39,975 nt of DNA from Nemertoderma westbladi (Eukaryota > Animalia > Xenacoelomorpha), in NCBI GenBank assembly GCA_032718475.1, contig JAUCBJ010000591.1, positions 1 to 39,975 on the forward strand, written 5' to 3'. Position numbers and translations under genes: made by a program. The notes under the pieces were generated by a model, which did no database searches, was not told where the DNA came from, and was given only the letters and a program-made list of their open reading frames with translations. Below are positions 1 through 12,701 of the stretch, one piece after another; the stretch's first letter is position 1; the number at the start of each line of letters is the position of its first letter.

Positions 1-440
1 ACACAGACAATTTGATGAATAACCAATCTAATGTAGTGAATGTAGATACCGATGAACTACAAGGTCTTGCAGGATAAACAGAGTTCAGTAGCAAATGACG
101 ATGATGGATGTTCATCTTACCGTGCTCCAGACACCTCAATACATGTAGATAGTTTCGCAGACGTTCAGTCTTCCTTACCTGTGTTACCTAGCAATGTGGA
201 GTTTTGTAGTTTGTCCAGACTACGTAAACTGCAGTTGGAAGATTCAAATATTAAGGTGATGGTAGAATATTTACAAACGGGAAATAAACCAGAATTTAAT
301 CGTAAGCTCTCTGAGTGTAAGAATATGGTAAAGTTACATACACAATATGTATTAGTAGATGGTATTCTATGTCACGTCTCGGATTGTAAGACAAATAAGA
401 CAATACAAGTAGTAGTACCTAAGTTACTACGTAGACAGAG
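1..440 (+). mobile_element. Gypsy/Ty3-type LTR retrotransposon pol fragment (linker just before the integrase zinc-binding domain), truncated
   Basis: ORF 52-474 reads LRKLQLEDSNIKVMVEYLQTG...YVLVDGILCH...QVVVPKLLR, the typical Gypsy pre-integrase pattern. Similarity stops before the HHCC motif. Confidence 0.7.
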
Positions 441-748
441 TTGTTTTTCCAGAATGGCTTCATCCATTCAATAGCTGACACAGTCTGTTTCACTGTGTAC
501 TACGGGTTGTACGTACAGTATGTGTAGGTTGCATCAGTGACTTATCTATATCTACTTCTACGGTATTTAGTTAGTTACTGTATATTTTAAATAGTGCAAT
601 CAAAAGTATCCATTCTCTGTTATTAAAATTTGTAACTTTGTTAAATTTGTAGTTCATTCTACTGCTGTACTGTATATACTTTAAATACTACATATCATAT
701 CCAAATATAAATATTTACAAAATATTTAATATTTTTATTTAAAAACAT

Positions 749-1000
749 TTACGCAAAGTAACTGTTAATAATATGTCGCCTGTACGTTTGTCCATCATTG
801 TCATCGGTAGAAACAGCGGGTTCCGGCTGGTTTGCTTCTGTTGGCAAAGGTTCGAGCGGTTCATCTTCACTAAGTATTTACTTGGGAGTTTCGTGCAACC
901 GAACTTTATTTTTACTAAGTAAATACTTAGCCAAGTAAATACTTGGGCCCCTCAAGTAAATATTTGGCTTAACTAAGTATTTTTTCGTGCAACCCAGCCC
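749..1000 (-). mobile_element. PIF/Harbinger-like DNA transposon remnant: one terminus joined to the transposase C-terminus
   Basis: Minus strand starts GGGCTGGGTTGCACGAA (1000->984). GGTTGCACGAA recurs near 900 among AAGTAAATACTT-type subterminal repeats. 868->749 translates EDEPLEPLPTEANQPEPAVSTDDNDGQTYRRHIINSYFA*, like the acidic G..R..II..F end of HARBI1-type transposases. Second terminus not found. Confidence 0.5.
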
Positions 1001-3318
1001 AGTAGTAGTTTAGATTCGTGTTTCTTTTTGGATGTCTGACTGTCTGACGTATGTACAGATGTATTTCAGTATTTTGATTTATCTTTTTTGATTAGATTTA
1101 TCTGCAGTATTATGTTCTGATGTTATGAACTAACAAACTAATCGTTTTAGCCAGCCTGCCAGTTAACGGCAGATTTTCTTCAGGGAAACCAGAAAAACTA
1201 AGTGGTAGATTGCCACGGAACCCGGGTTCGACCTTATCCTGTTATCCAGCTTTCACACGAGTCAATCTAGCAAAAAACCCATAAGAAATTCGCAATCAAC
1301 CAAAACCAAATTTTTTAGGTTCTATATTATCTTGTTATTGCCCAAAAAAAAGTCTATAAAAAAATATGTTGCGGAACACATTAAATTTCATGCAAACATA
1401 TGTCCTATTTTTGCAATACCCAATAATTGCTCTTTTTTGATAATTGAGCTATTTGTTTGCTTAATTATAACAAGTTGCTTGGTAACTGCTCAATAGAACT
1501 ATTTCCTATTGTTAGTGATGTACAGCAGCTAGCTACTTTTTAGACAAATCACTACAACCACTTTAATATTATGTAGTAATTTTAACGTTCAGTTCTGTTT
1601 ATAAAATAATTTGCAGGTACAGTACTTTAAAAATTAAAATATATCCTAATCTTTTGTGATGGCTTTACAATTTTACAATATGGGAAGTTGGTGTGTTATA
1701 GGTACACCCCCCCCCCCCCCCCCCCACCCTGAAAAATTTTTATAATACCGGTAGATAGTTTTTTATATTTCTTTTATAAACAATAAACACATGTTCTGGA
1801 ACATGTTTGCTAATACATGTGTTCTAGAACAAATTTTATAAAAGCTTAAAAAATGTATAATATTTTATTAATGATGTTGCATTAGATGTCACGGGAATTA
1901 CATTTTCTAGAACAGTGTAAAATTACAATATTTTTCTTTAGCTAAGATTTACTACTATGAAGATTATAGCAATGACACGGCGATTATACACAAAGAAACC
2001 CCATTTGCCAATGTTCTGGACTTGCTTAGACGTTATTATCCTGTAATGTTTAAACTTAGTTTTCTATATAGAAAATATACAATAAAATAATTTTGTTTTT
2101 AGAAAAGTATTATATATTTTCTAGAGTCTTTCCAAGTATATATAACATTAGATCAATAGAAAGGAAATAAGACCAAAAAATTTATTTTCCTTTATTGTCA
2201 GATAAAATTGTCTTAGATTTTATTACATGTGTTGGAAGAGCATCGAAGTAGAACAGGTTTGCGTTATTATGCAAGTAATTTGAACAAAGTCCATGCACAC
2301 ACTCAAAAAGTTTTTGCAACTTTAGTGTCTGCAAGCCTTCCCTGGTTACTCCAAAACGGAACTCAATATCCAATATTAGTTTATGTAGTGAAGCGGCTCT
2401 CTAGTTACGTAGTAAATATTCGATAACACTATTATTTAACATTGAGTAAGTTTATATAACATGAATTCGTGTTTTATATCAATATGCCATAATACCACAA
2501 TGCACAAAGCGGGGTTGGTAATACAAAGTTTCCGGTATTACGGGTGCAGGTTGAGGCTTCCTAGCTGGGATCTTTGTGGGAAAATAACTGTAGTCGTCTT
2601 TCATATATACAGTACACTACCTACATCGTAACAACTATAGGGTAAACATCCGGGAAAGGATATAAGCAACACTGAGGAAAACACTAAAACATAGGGTCAC
2701 CCTATAGGTTGTAAGGACACGGGATGACATAGGGCCTCCCGATACATCCTACGTACACTGATCAAGCAAGTATGGTAGATTGCGCAACCACGTGATGACG
2801 TGAATTCATTTGACGGTTTGGCCGCTGGGCCTTAATGTTTGTTAACCTGAACTTTGTAAGTGACAAACATGGGGTGATAATTAATGCCGTTATACGACTA
2901 TCGACTATTAAGGCGATATATTGGTTTTTTGGGTCTCCGAAGTGCATAAGGATAAATCCCGTAACAATATTTATATATTATCTTTTATATGTTAAATTTA
3001 GATACCGGTATTGTATTTGTATTGAAATATATGTGGGAAGTTGCTAAAAAATATATATTGGAGTTATATATATATATATATACCTGTACAACAATTAACA
3101 ATTGAATAAATTAATGATTCTATGGATTTGTTTGGTATCTTAATATTTATTCAATCACTTCATCATCAATATAACCATCAATAAAGTAACAATGTATCAC
3201 CATCAATAAACCTTAAGTGAAAGTAACGGATCTTGATTGTGTTTTGTAGTTCTCCCCCTTTCATATTCCGCGAGACAGGGGGGGGGGGGGGGGGGGAACT
3301 GGATACAAATCCCGCCTC

Positions 3319-3378
3319 AATGTTAAATTCTCAATTTAAATGTTAAATTCTCAATTTAAATGTTAAATTCTCAATTTA
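3319..3378. repeat. 20-bp tandem repeat x3 (AATGTTAAATTCTCAATTTA)
   Basis: Three consecutive copies visible directly. Confidence 0.9.
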
Positions 3379-3579
3379 GGGAAAGGAGCAGCTTACAGTG
3401 GCACGTTATTTTAACCAAAACAATAAACACGTTAACATTACAGTTTTATCAGTTACAGAACACGTTACAGTTTTATTTTTGAGAGTAATCAGCTGTTATT
3501 TGCGTCCAATTTCCCCTGGAGAGGGATGAATTTCTATTGCGTCCAGTTTCCCTCCCACCCACCCACCCCCCTATCTGTA

Positions 3580-4410
3580 TTCCGCAGGCAATTGAACAGG
3601 ACATTTTGCAGCAGCAGCTGTTGGATTTCTGCAGCTGCATGCTACAGTAGTGTGGCACAACCTTTCTTGCAGTTGCAGCTAACTGCTTCCATTATCTCAG
3701 GTGGTCAAGGTGGCTGATCGGTTGTTTTGGGAAGAAGCTTCCCATCTATGAGCTTCCAACCCCAATCAATTGTATTTAAATCGGAAATCCTTTCTATACC
3801 TGTATCTGGAGGTATACACGATAGCTGTGATACTTTGCAGATTACAGCTGATGGCTTCAGTAACATTCGTCATCTGGGATGCCGTGGGGTATTTATTGTT
3901 AAATATTTCGTATTGAGATTTGCTTTTATCTCATTTTTTAAATTTTTAGGAGTTGTTTCTATTATGTGTTCCTTTTCCTTCTGTGCATCAACATAATGTC
4001 AGATTATTTGGTACGTTTATAAAACTCACGGATGACTTTGTCCACATTTCAGTAAATGTAAAACCATTTGGTTTGCCGCAAACTTCAGAGATTACAATTT
4101 TATCAACAAAGTGATCTATAAGTTTATCTTTCATGTGTGTGAAACTGTAAACCTCATACCCGGTGTCTTTTAAATTTATTTCCATTATCCCTAGTATATC
4201 GCCGATTGTCAACTGTTACCCATCTTCCAAACGCTTAACAGCCTCCATAAATGCTTGTGATGTGTACGAACAATGTCTTCTGGCCGACCGACCTTAAATC
4301 TTTCGGTTTCTGATTGAGAGACATCGATGGCTTGCAATTTTCTCATCTTACGAAAAGTGACATCACATTCCGTATGGTACAGTTCCAACCTACTAGCAAA
4401 CATCAACACA
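3580..4410 (-). pseudogene. Decayed Academ-like transposase: N-terminal part fused directly to the C-terminal Cys-rich (CXC/Cys8) tail
   Basis: N-terminal motifs YHTEC, KVGRP and YSFTHMKDKLIDHF.DKIVISEVCGKPN. C-terminal motifs SAKYHSYRVYLQIQ, DWGWKLIDGKLLPKTTDQPP*P, SCNCKKGC..CSCR..CSIACG. Several stops and frameshifts. Confidence 0.7.
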
Positions 4411-5681
4411 TGATAAACTTGATAGAACTTATATTCTCCATGTATATCCTCTTTCGTGACATACCTAAATGGTGTCGTGTGAAAACAACTTGTTGAAAAG
4501 TTATTAAAATAATTGGAATTATTTGTATATTTATTGAAAAATTATTTGAAATTGTTTCTAATATTTTTGAATCATGTACAGTATGTATATTGCTCAATGT
4601 TAATATTTCGTACTAATAAATTATAATAGTCAATAACTAATTTTTTAATTTAATAAATAAATATTATATTATTTAAACAATTTAGGGGGGAGGGGTGATA
4701 TAATTTGTTTATAATTACAATAATATTTATTTATAATAAATTATAATAAATTTATAATAATTATTTATAATTATGTTCTAGAACATTCAATGTTGATTGA
4801 ATTAATTGTATGTATAATAAAATAAAAAAAATTTTAATATTTAATAAATCATCTTTTAAAAAATTACTAGCTAGTCGATTAGCTATTGTTCTAGAACACA
4901 ATATTTTTTTAAAATGTTGCAATGAAGTCAGTCAGTAGTGATATTATTACTATGAAAAAGTACATCATTTCATTAATTAATATCAAAATATCGAATGCGA
5001 CTGCATACGGATCTCTCTCTAGCCTTGAAAAAATTGTAAAGCCATCACAAAAGATTAGGATATCTTTTAAAGTACCTTCAAATTATTTTATAAACAGCAC
5101 TGAACGTTCAAAAAAGTCACATTGCTAATACAAACCCATAAAGAGTGTTTATAGAAAAATACTACATAATATTAAAGTGGTTGTACAGTACTGACTTGTC
5201 TAAAAAGTAGTTAGCTACTGTACATCACTAGAAATAGGAAATAGTTCTATTGAGCAGTTACCAAGCAGCTTGTGTTATAATTAAGCAAACAAATAGCTCC
5301 ATTATCAGAAAGAGCAATTATTGGGTATTGCAAAAATAGGACATATATTTGCATGAAATTTAATGTGTTCCGCAACATATATTTTTATAGACTTTTTTTT
5401 GGGCAATAACAAGATAATATAGAACCTAAAAAATTTGGTTTTGGTTGATTGCGATTCTTATGGGTTGACCCCCTTTTTTGGCTAGATTGACTGGACTATC
5501 AAAGAAAATGTTAGATCAGTGATTTTAAGCGCAATTTCCATTTTGAGGAGCAACACAGAAAACTACTTAGTCAGTAGAATCACCCCCGTCACATACGTGC
5601 ATGACAAACCACAATGCAGCCATGGGTAACCTTCGACATCAACATGCTTTCTCATTTAGATATCACTTACATACTAATCTG

Positions 5682-8600
5682 TATGTGTAACGATTACATA
5701 CTAACCTGTATAACCATTATCACAGCTAGCTATGTGTAACGATTACATACTAACCTGTATAACCATTATCACAGCTAGCTATGTGTAACGATTACATACT
5801 AACCTGTATAACCATTATCACAGCTAGCTATGTGTAACGATTACATACTAACCTGTATAACCATTATCACAGCTAGCTATGTGTAACGATTACATACTAA
5901 CCTGTATAACCATTATCACAGCTAGCTATGTGTAACGATTACATACTAACCTGTATAACCATTATCACAGCTAGCTATGTGTAACGATTACATACTAACC
6001 TGTATAACCATTATCACAGCTAGCTATGTGTAACGATTACATACTAACCTGTATAACCATTATCACAGCTAGCTATGTGTAACGATTACATACTAACCTG
6101 TATAACCATTATCACATCTAGCTATGTGTAACGATTACATACTAACCTGTATAACCATTATCACAGCTAGCTATGTGTAACGATTACATACTAACCTGTA
6201 TAACCATTATCACAGCTAGCTATGTGTAACGATTACATACTAACCTGTATAACCATTATCACAGCTAGCTATGTGTAACGATTACATACTAACCTGTATA
6301 ACCATTATCACAGCTAGCTATGTGTAACGATTACATACTAACCTGTATAACCATTATCACAGCTAGCTATGTGTAACGATTACATACTAACCTGTATAAC
6401 CATTATCACAGCTAGCTATGTGTAACGATTACATACTAACCTGTATAACCATTATCACAACTAGCTATGTGTAACGATTACATACTAACCTGTATAACCA
6501 TTATCACAGCTAGCTATGTGTAACGATTACATACTAACCTGTATAACCATTATCACAGCTAGCTATGTGTAACGATTACATACTAACCTGTATAACCATT
6601 ATCACAACTAGCTATGTGTAACGATTACATACTAACCTGTATAACCATTATCACAGCTAGCTATGTGTAACGATTACATACTAACCTGTATAACCATTAT
6701 CACAGCTAGCTATGTGTAACGATTACATACTAACCTGTATAACCATTATCACAGCTAGCTATGTGTAACGATTACATACTAACCTGTATAACCATTATCA
6801 CAGCTAGCTATGGCCCCAACTACATACTAACCTGTATAACCATTATCACAGCTAGCTATGTGTAACGATTACATACTAACCTGTATAACCATTATCACAA
6901 CTAGCTATGTGTAACGATTACATACTAACCTGTATAACCATTATCACAGCTAGCTATGTGTAACGATTACATACTAACCTGTATAACCATTATCACAGCT
7001 AGCTATGGCCCCAACTACATACTAACCTGTATAACCATTATCACAGCTAGCTATGTGTAACGATTACATACTAACCTGTATAACCATTATCACAGCTAGC
7101 TATGTGTAACGATTACATACTAACCTGTATAACCATTATCACAGCTAGCTATGGCCCCAACTACATACTAACCTGTATAACCATTATCACAGCTAGCTAT
7201 GTGTAACGATTACATACTAACCTGTATAACCATTATCACAGCTAGCTATGTGTAACGATTACATACTAACCTGTATAACCATTATCACAGCTAGCTATGG
7301 CCCCAACTACATACTAACCTGTATAACCATTATCACAGCTAGCTATGTGTAACGATTACATACTAACCTGTATAACCATTATCACAGCTAGCTATGTGTA
7401 ACGATTACATACTAACCTGTATAACCATTATCACAGCTAGCTATGTGTAACGATTACATACTAACCTGTATAACCATTATCACAGCTAGCTATGGCCCCA
7501 ACTACATACTAACCTGTATAACCATTATCACAGCTAGCTATGTGTAACGATTACATACTAACCTGTATAACCATTATCACAGCTAGCTATGTGTAACGAT
7601 TACATACTAACCTGTATAACCATTATCACAGCTAGCTATGTGTAACGATTACATACTAACCTGTATAACCATTATCACAGCTAGCTATGTGTAACGATTA
7701 CATACTAACCTGTATAACCATTATCACAGCTAGCTATGTGCCCCAACTACATACTAACCTGTATAACCATTATCACAGCTAGCTATGTGTAACGATTACA
7801 TACTAACCTGTATAACCATTATCACAGCTAGCTATGTGTAACGATTACATACTAACCTGTATAACCATTATCACAGCTAGCTATGTGTAACGATTACATA
7901 CTAACCTGTATAACCATTATCACAGCTAGCTATGTGTAACGATTACATACTAACCTGTATAACCATTATCACAGCTAGCTATGTGTAACGATTACATACT
8001 AACCTGTATAACCATTATCACAGCTAGCTATGTGTAACGATTACATACTAACCTGTATAACCATTATCACAGCTAGCTATGTGTAACGATTACATACTAA
8101 CCTGTATAACCATTATCACAGCTAGCTATGTGTAACGATTACATACTAACCTGTATAACCATTATCACAGCTAGCTATGTGTAACGATTACATACTAACC
8201 TGTATAACCATTATCACAGCTAGCTATGTGTAACGATTACATACTAACCTGTATAACCATTATCACAGCTAGCTATGTGTAACGATTACATACTAACCTG
8301 TATAACCATTATCACAGCTAGCTATGTGCCCAACGATACATACTAACCTGTATAACCATTATCACAGCTAGCTATGTGTAACGATTACATACTAACCTGT
8401 ATAACCATTATCACAGCTAGCTATGTGTAACGATTACATACTAACCTGTATAACCATTATCACAGCTAGCTATGTGTAACGATTACATACTAACCTGTAT
8501 AACCATTATCACAGCTAGCTATGTGTAACGATTACATACTAACCTGTATAACCATTATCACAGCTAGCTATGTGTAACGATTACATACTAACCTGTATAA

Positions 8601-9258
8601 CCATTATCACAGCTAGCTATGTGTAACGATTACATACTAACCTGTATAACCATTATCACAGCTAGCTATGTGTAACGATTACATACTAACCTGTATAACC
8701 ATTATCACAGCTAGCTATGTGTAACGATTACATACTAACCTGTATAACCATTATCACAGCTAGCTATGTGTAACGATTACATACTAACCTGTATAACCAT
8801 TATCACAGCTAGCTATGTGTAACGATTACATACTAACCTGTATAACCATTATCACAGCTAGCTATGTGTAACGATTACATACTAACCTGTATAACCATTA
8901 TCACAGCTAGCTATGTGTAACGATTACATACTAACCTGTATAACCATTATCACAGCTAGCTATGTGTAACGATTACATACTAACCTGTATAACCATTATC
9001 ACAGCTAGCTATGTGTAACGATTACATACTAACCTGTATAACCATTATCACAGCTAGCTATGTGTAACGATTACATACTAACCTGTATAACCATTATCAC
9101 AGCTAGCTATGTGTAACGATTACATACTAACCTGTATAACCATTATCACAGCTAGCTATGTGTAACGATTACATACTAACCTGTATAACCATTATCACAG
9201 CTAGCTATGTGTAACGATTACATACTAACCTGTATAACCATTATCACAGCTAGCTATG
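5682..9258. repeat. 49-bp minisatellite, ~73 nearly identical copies; on the minus strand each unit is an exon tail plus the donor CAG|GTTAGT
   Basis: Unit TATGTGTAACGATTACATACTAACCTGTATAACCATTATCACAGCTAGC, period 49. Five 48-bp variants carry GGCCCCAAC. Confidence 0.98.
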
Positions 9259-9349
9259 GCCCCAACTTTACTTTTTTTCGTTTTCGATTCCTTTTTTGAT
9301 TTACCTGATCTGCATTTTAATGAGCAACAACGCAATGCCATTGAAAGTC
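9230..9349 (-). CDS. Host gene exon H (120 nt, phase 1-1): end of one resistin/PCSK9-CHRD-like module and start of the next
   Basis: Acceptor ttatttccccag|, donor ACAG|gttagt. Reads (G)LSMALRCCSLKCRSGKSKKESKTKKSKVGAIASCDNGYT. Joins exon G in frame and completes the ..C.....G....RCC motif. Not in the ORF track. Confidence 0.75.
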
Positions 9350-9464
9350 CTGGGGAAATAACATATATATTTGTTATTTTGTTATTTTATTTATATAACA
9401 TATAGCTGTATAAACCGAACAATTCGCCATATAACTATTTATTACACTTTAAATTATGAATGCT

Positions 9465-12400
9465 TAAATATACCAACTAAATATACCAACTAAATATACC
9501 AACTACTCATGCCAAATAAATATACCAACTACTCATCCCAAATAAATATACCAACTACTCATCCCAACTAAATATACCAACTAAATATACCAACTACTCA
9601 TCCCAACTAAATATACCAACTACTCATCCCAAATAAATATACCAACTACTCATCCCAAATAAATATACCAACTACTCATCCCAACTAAATATACCAACTA
9701 AATATACCAACTACTCATCCCAAATAAATATACCAACTACTCATCCCAACTAAATATACCAACTAAATATACCAACTACTCGTCCCAACTAAATATACCA
9801 ACTAAATATACCAACTAAATATACCAACTACTCATCCCAACTAAATATACCAACTACTCATCCCAACTAAATATACCAACTAAATATACAAACTACTCAT
9901 CCCAACTAAATATACCAACTACTCATCCCAAATAAATATACCAACTACTCATCCCAACTAAATATACCAACTAAATATACCAACTACTCATCCCAACTAA
10001 ATATACCAACTACTCATCCCAAATAAATATACCAACTACTCATCCCAAATAAATATACCAACTACTCATCCCAACTAAATATACCAACTAAATATACCAA
10101 CTACTCATCCCAAATAAATATACCAACTACTCATCCCAACTAAATATACCAACTAAATATACCAACTACTCATCCCAACTAAATATACCAACTACTCATC
10201 CCAAATAAATATACCAACTACTCATCCCAAATAAATATACCAACTACTCATCCCAACTAAATATACCAACTAAATATACCAACTACTCATCCCAAATAAA
10301 TATACCAACTACTCATCCCAACTAAATATACCAACTAAATATACCAACTACTCGTCCCAACTAAATATACCAACTAAATATACCAACTAAATATACCAAC
10401 TACTCATCCCAACTAAATATACCAACTACTCATCCCAACTAAATATACCAACTAAATATACAAACTACTCATCCCAACTAAATATACCAACTACTCATCC
10501 CAAATAAATATACCAACTACTCATCCCAACTAAATATACCAACTAAATATACCAACTACTCATCCCAACTAAATATACCAACTACTCATCCCAAATAAAT
10601 ATACCAACTACTCATCCCAAATAAATATACCAACTACTCATCCCAACTAAATATACCAACTAAATATACCAACTACTCATCCCAAATAAATATACCAACT
10701 ACTCATCCCAACTAAATATACCAACTAAATATACCAACTACTCATCCCAACTAAATATACCAACTACTCATCCCAAATAAATATACCAACTACTCATCCC
10801 AAATAAATATACCAACTACTCATCCCAACTAAATATACCAACTAAATATACCAACTACTCATCCCAAATAAATATACCAACTACTCATCCCAACTAAATA
10901 TACCAACTAAATATACCAACTACTCGTCCCAACTAAATATACCAACTAAATATACCAACTAAATATACCAACTACTCATCCCAACTAAATATACCAACTA
11001 CTCATCCCAACTAAATATACCAACTAAATATACAAACTACTCATCCCAACTAAATATACCAACTACTCATCCCAAATAAATATACCAACTACTCATCCCA
11101 ACTAAATATACCAACTAAATATACCAACTACTCATCCCAACTAAATATACCAACTACTCATCCCAACTAAATATACCAACTACTCATCCCAACTAAATAT
11201 ACCAACTAAATATACCAACTACTCATCCCAAATAAATATACCAACTAAATATACCAACTACTCATCGCAACTAAATATACCAACTAAATATACCAACTAC
11301 TCATCCCAACTAAATATACCAACTAAATATACCAACTACTCATCCCAAATAAATATACCAACTAAATATACCAACTACTCATCCCAAATAAATATACCAA
11401 CTAAATATACCAACTACTCATCCCAACTAAATATACCAACTACTCATCCCAAATAAATATACCAACTACTCATCCCAACTAAATATACCAACTAAATATA
11501 CCAACTACTCATCCCAACTAAATATACCAACTACTCATCCCAACTAAATATACCAACTACTCATCCCAACTAAATATACCAACTAAATATACCAACTACT
11601 CATCCCAACTAAATATACCAACTAAATATACCAACTACTCATCCCAACTAAATATACCAACTACTCATCCCAACTAAATATACCAACTAAATATACCAAC
11701 TACTCATCCCAACTAAATATACCAACTACTCATCCCAACTAAATATACCAACTACTCATCCCAACTAAATATACCAACTAAATATACCAACTACTCATCC
11801 CAACTAAATATACCAACTACTCATCCCAACTAAATATACCAACTAAATATACCAACTACTCATCCCAAATAAATATACCAACTAAATATACCAACTACTC
11901 ATCCCAAATAAATATACCAACTAAATATACCAACTACTCATCCCAACTAAATATACCAACTACTCATCCCAAATAAATATACCAACTACTCATCCCAACT
12001 AAATATACCAACTAAATATACCAACTACTCATCCCAACTAAATATACCAACTAAATATACCAACTACTCATCCCAAATTAATATACCAACTAAATATACC
12101 AACTACTCATCCCAAATAAATATACCAACTACTCATCCCAAATAAATATACCAACTACTCATCCCAATTAAATATACCAACTACTCATCCCAAATAAATA
12201 TACCAACTACTCATCCCAATTAAATATACCAACTACTCATCCCAAATAAATATACCAACTACTCATCCCAATTAAATATACCAACTACTCATCCCAAATA
12301 AATATACCAACTACTCATCCCAAATAAATATACCAACTAAATATACCAACTACTCATCCCAAGTAAATATACCAACTACTCATCCCAACTAAATATACCA

Positions 12401-12701
12401 ACTAAATATACCAACTACTCATCCCAAATAAATATACCAACTACTCATACCAAATAAATATACCAACTAAATATACCAACTACTCATCCCAAATAAATAT
12501 ACCAACTAAATATACCAACTAAATATACCAACTACTCATCCCAAATAAATATACCAACTAAATATACCAACTACTCATCCCAACTAAATATACCAACTAC
12601 TCATCCCAACTAAATATACCAACTAAATATACCAACTACTCATCCCAACTAAATATACCAACTACTCATCCCAACTAAATATACCAACCACTCATCCCAA
12701 A
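9465..12701. repeat. 13-bp two-monomer minisatellite (~250 units): A=CCAACTAAATATA (A'=CCAAATAAATATA) and B=CCAACTACTCATC
   Basis: Directly visible. The + strand is almost G-free. Rare variants recur at 572-bp spacing. Confidence 0.97.

Larger units (their letters stand above)
1260..5492 (-). mobile_element. Academ (AcademX-type) DNA transposon, internally deleted and non-autonomous, with ~420-470 bp terminal inverted repeats
   Basis: 1260-~1678 (AGTCAATCTAGC...) is the reverse complement of ~5025-5492 (...GCTAGATTGACT), with one ~50 bp indel. Minus-strand transposase remnants lie inside. No clean TSD seen. Confidence 0.75.

Noticed and set aside
1198-1236. tRNA gene (AGTGGTAGA...GGGTTCGACC)
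   Set aside because: A- and B-box-like words are too close together and there is no cloverleaf; at most a SINE relic.
5494-5680. Next host exon after exon H, possibly disrupted by the Academ insertion
   Set aside because: An acceptor-like tract exists near 5496-5515, but no frame gives the expected TGC-type continuation; the gene probably continues beyond the window.
5682-9258. CRISPR-like appearance of the regular 49-bp array (also the 37-bp and 36-bp arrays)
   Set aside because: Units are head-to-tail with no unique spacers, there are no cas genes, and the context is a spliceosomal intron.
9465-12701. Telomeric repeat or chromosome end
   Set aside because: Not TTAGGG or TTAGG units; the array is intronic with exons on both sides.
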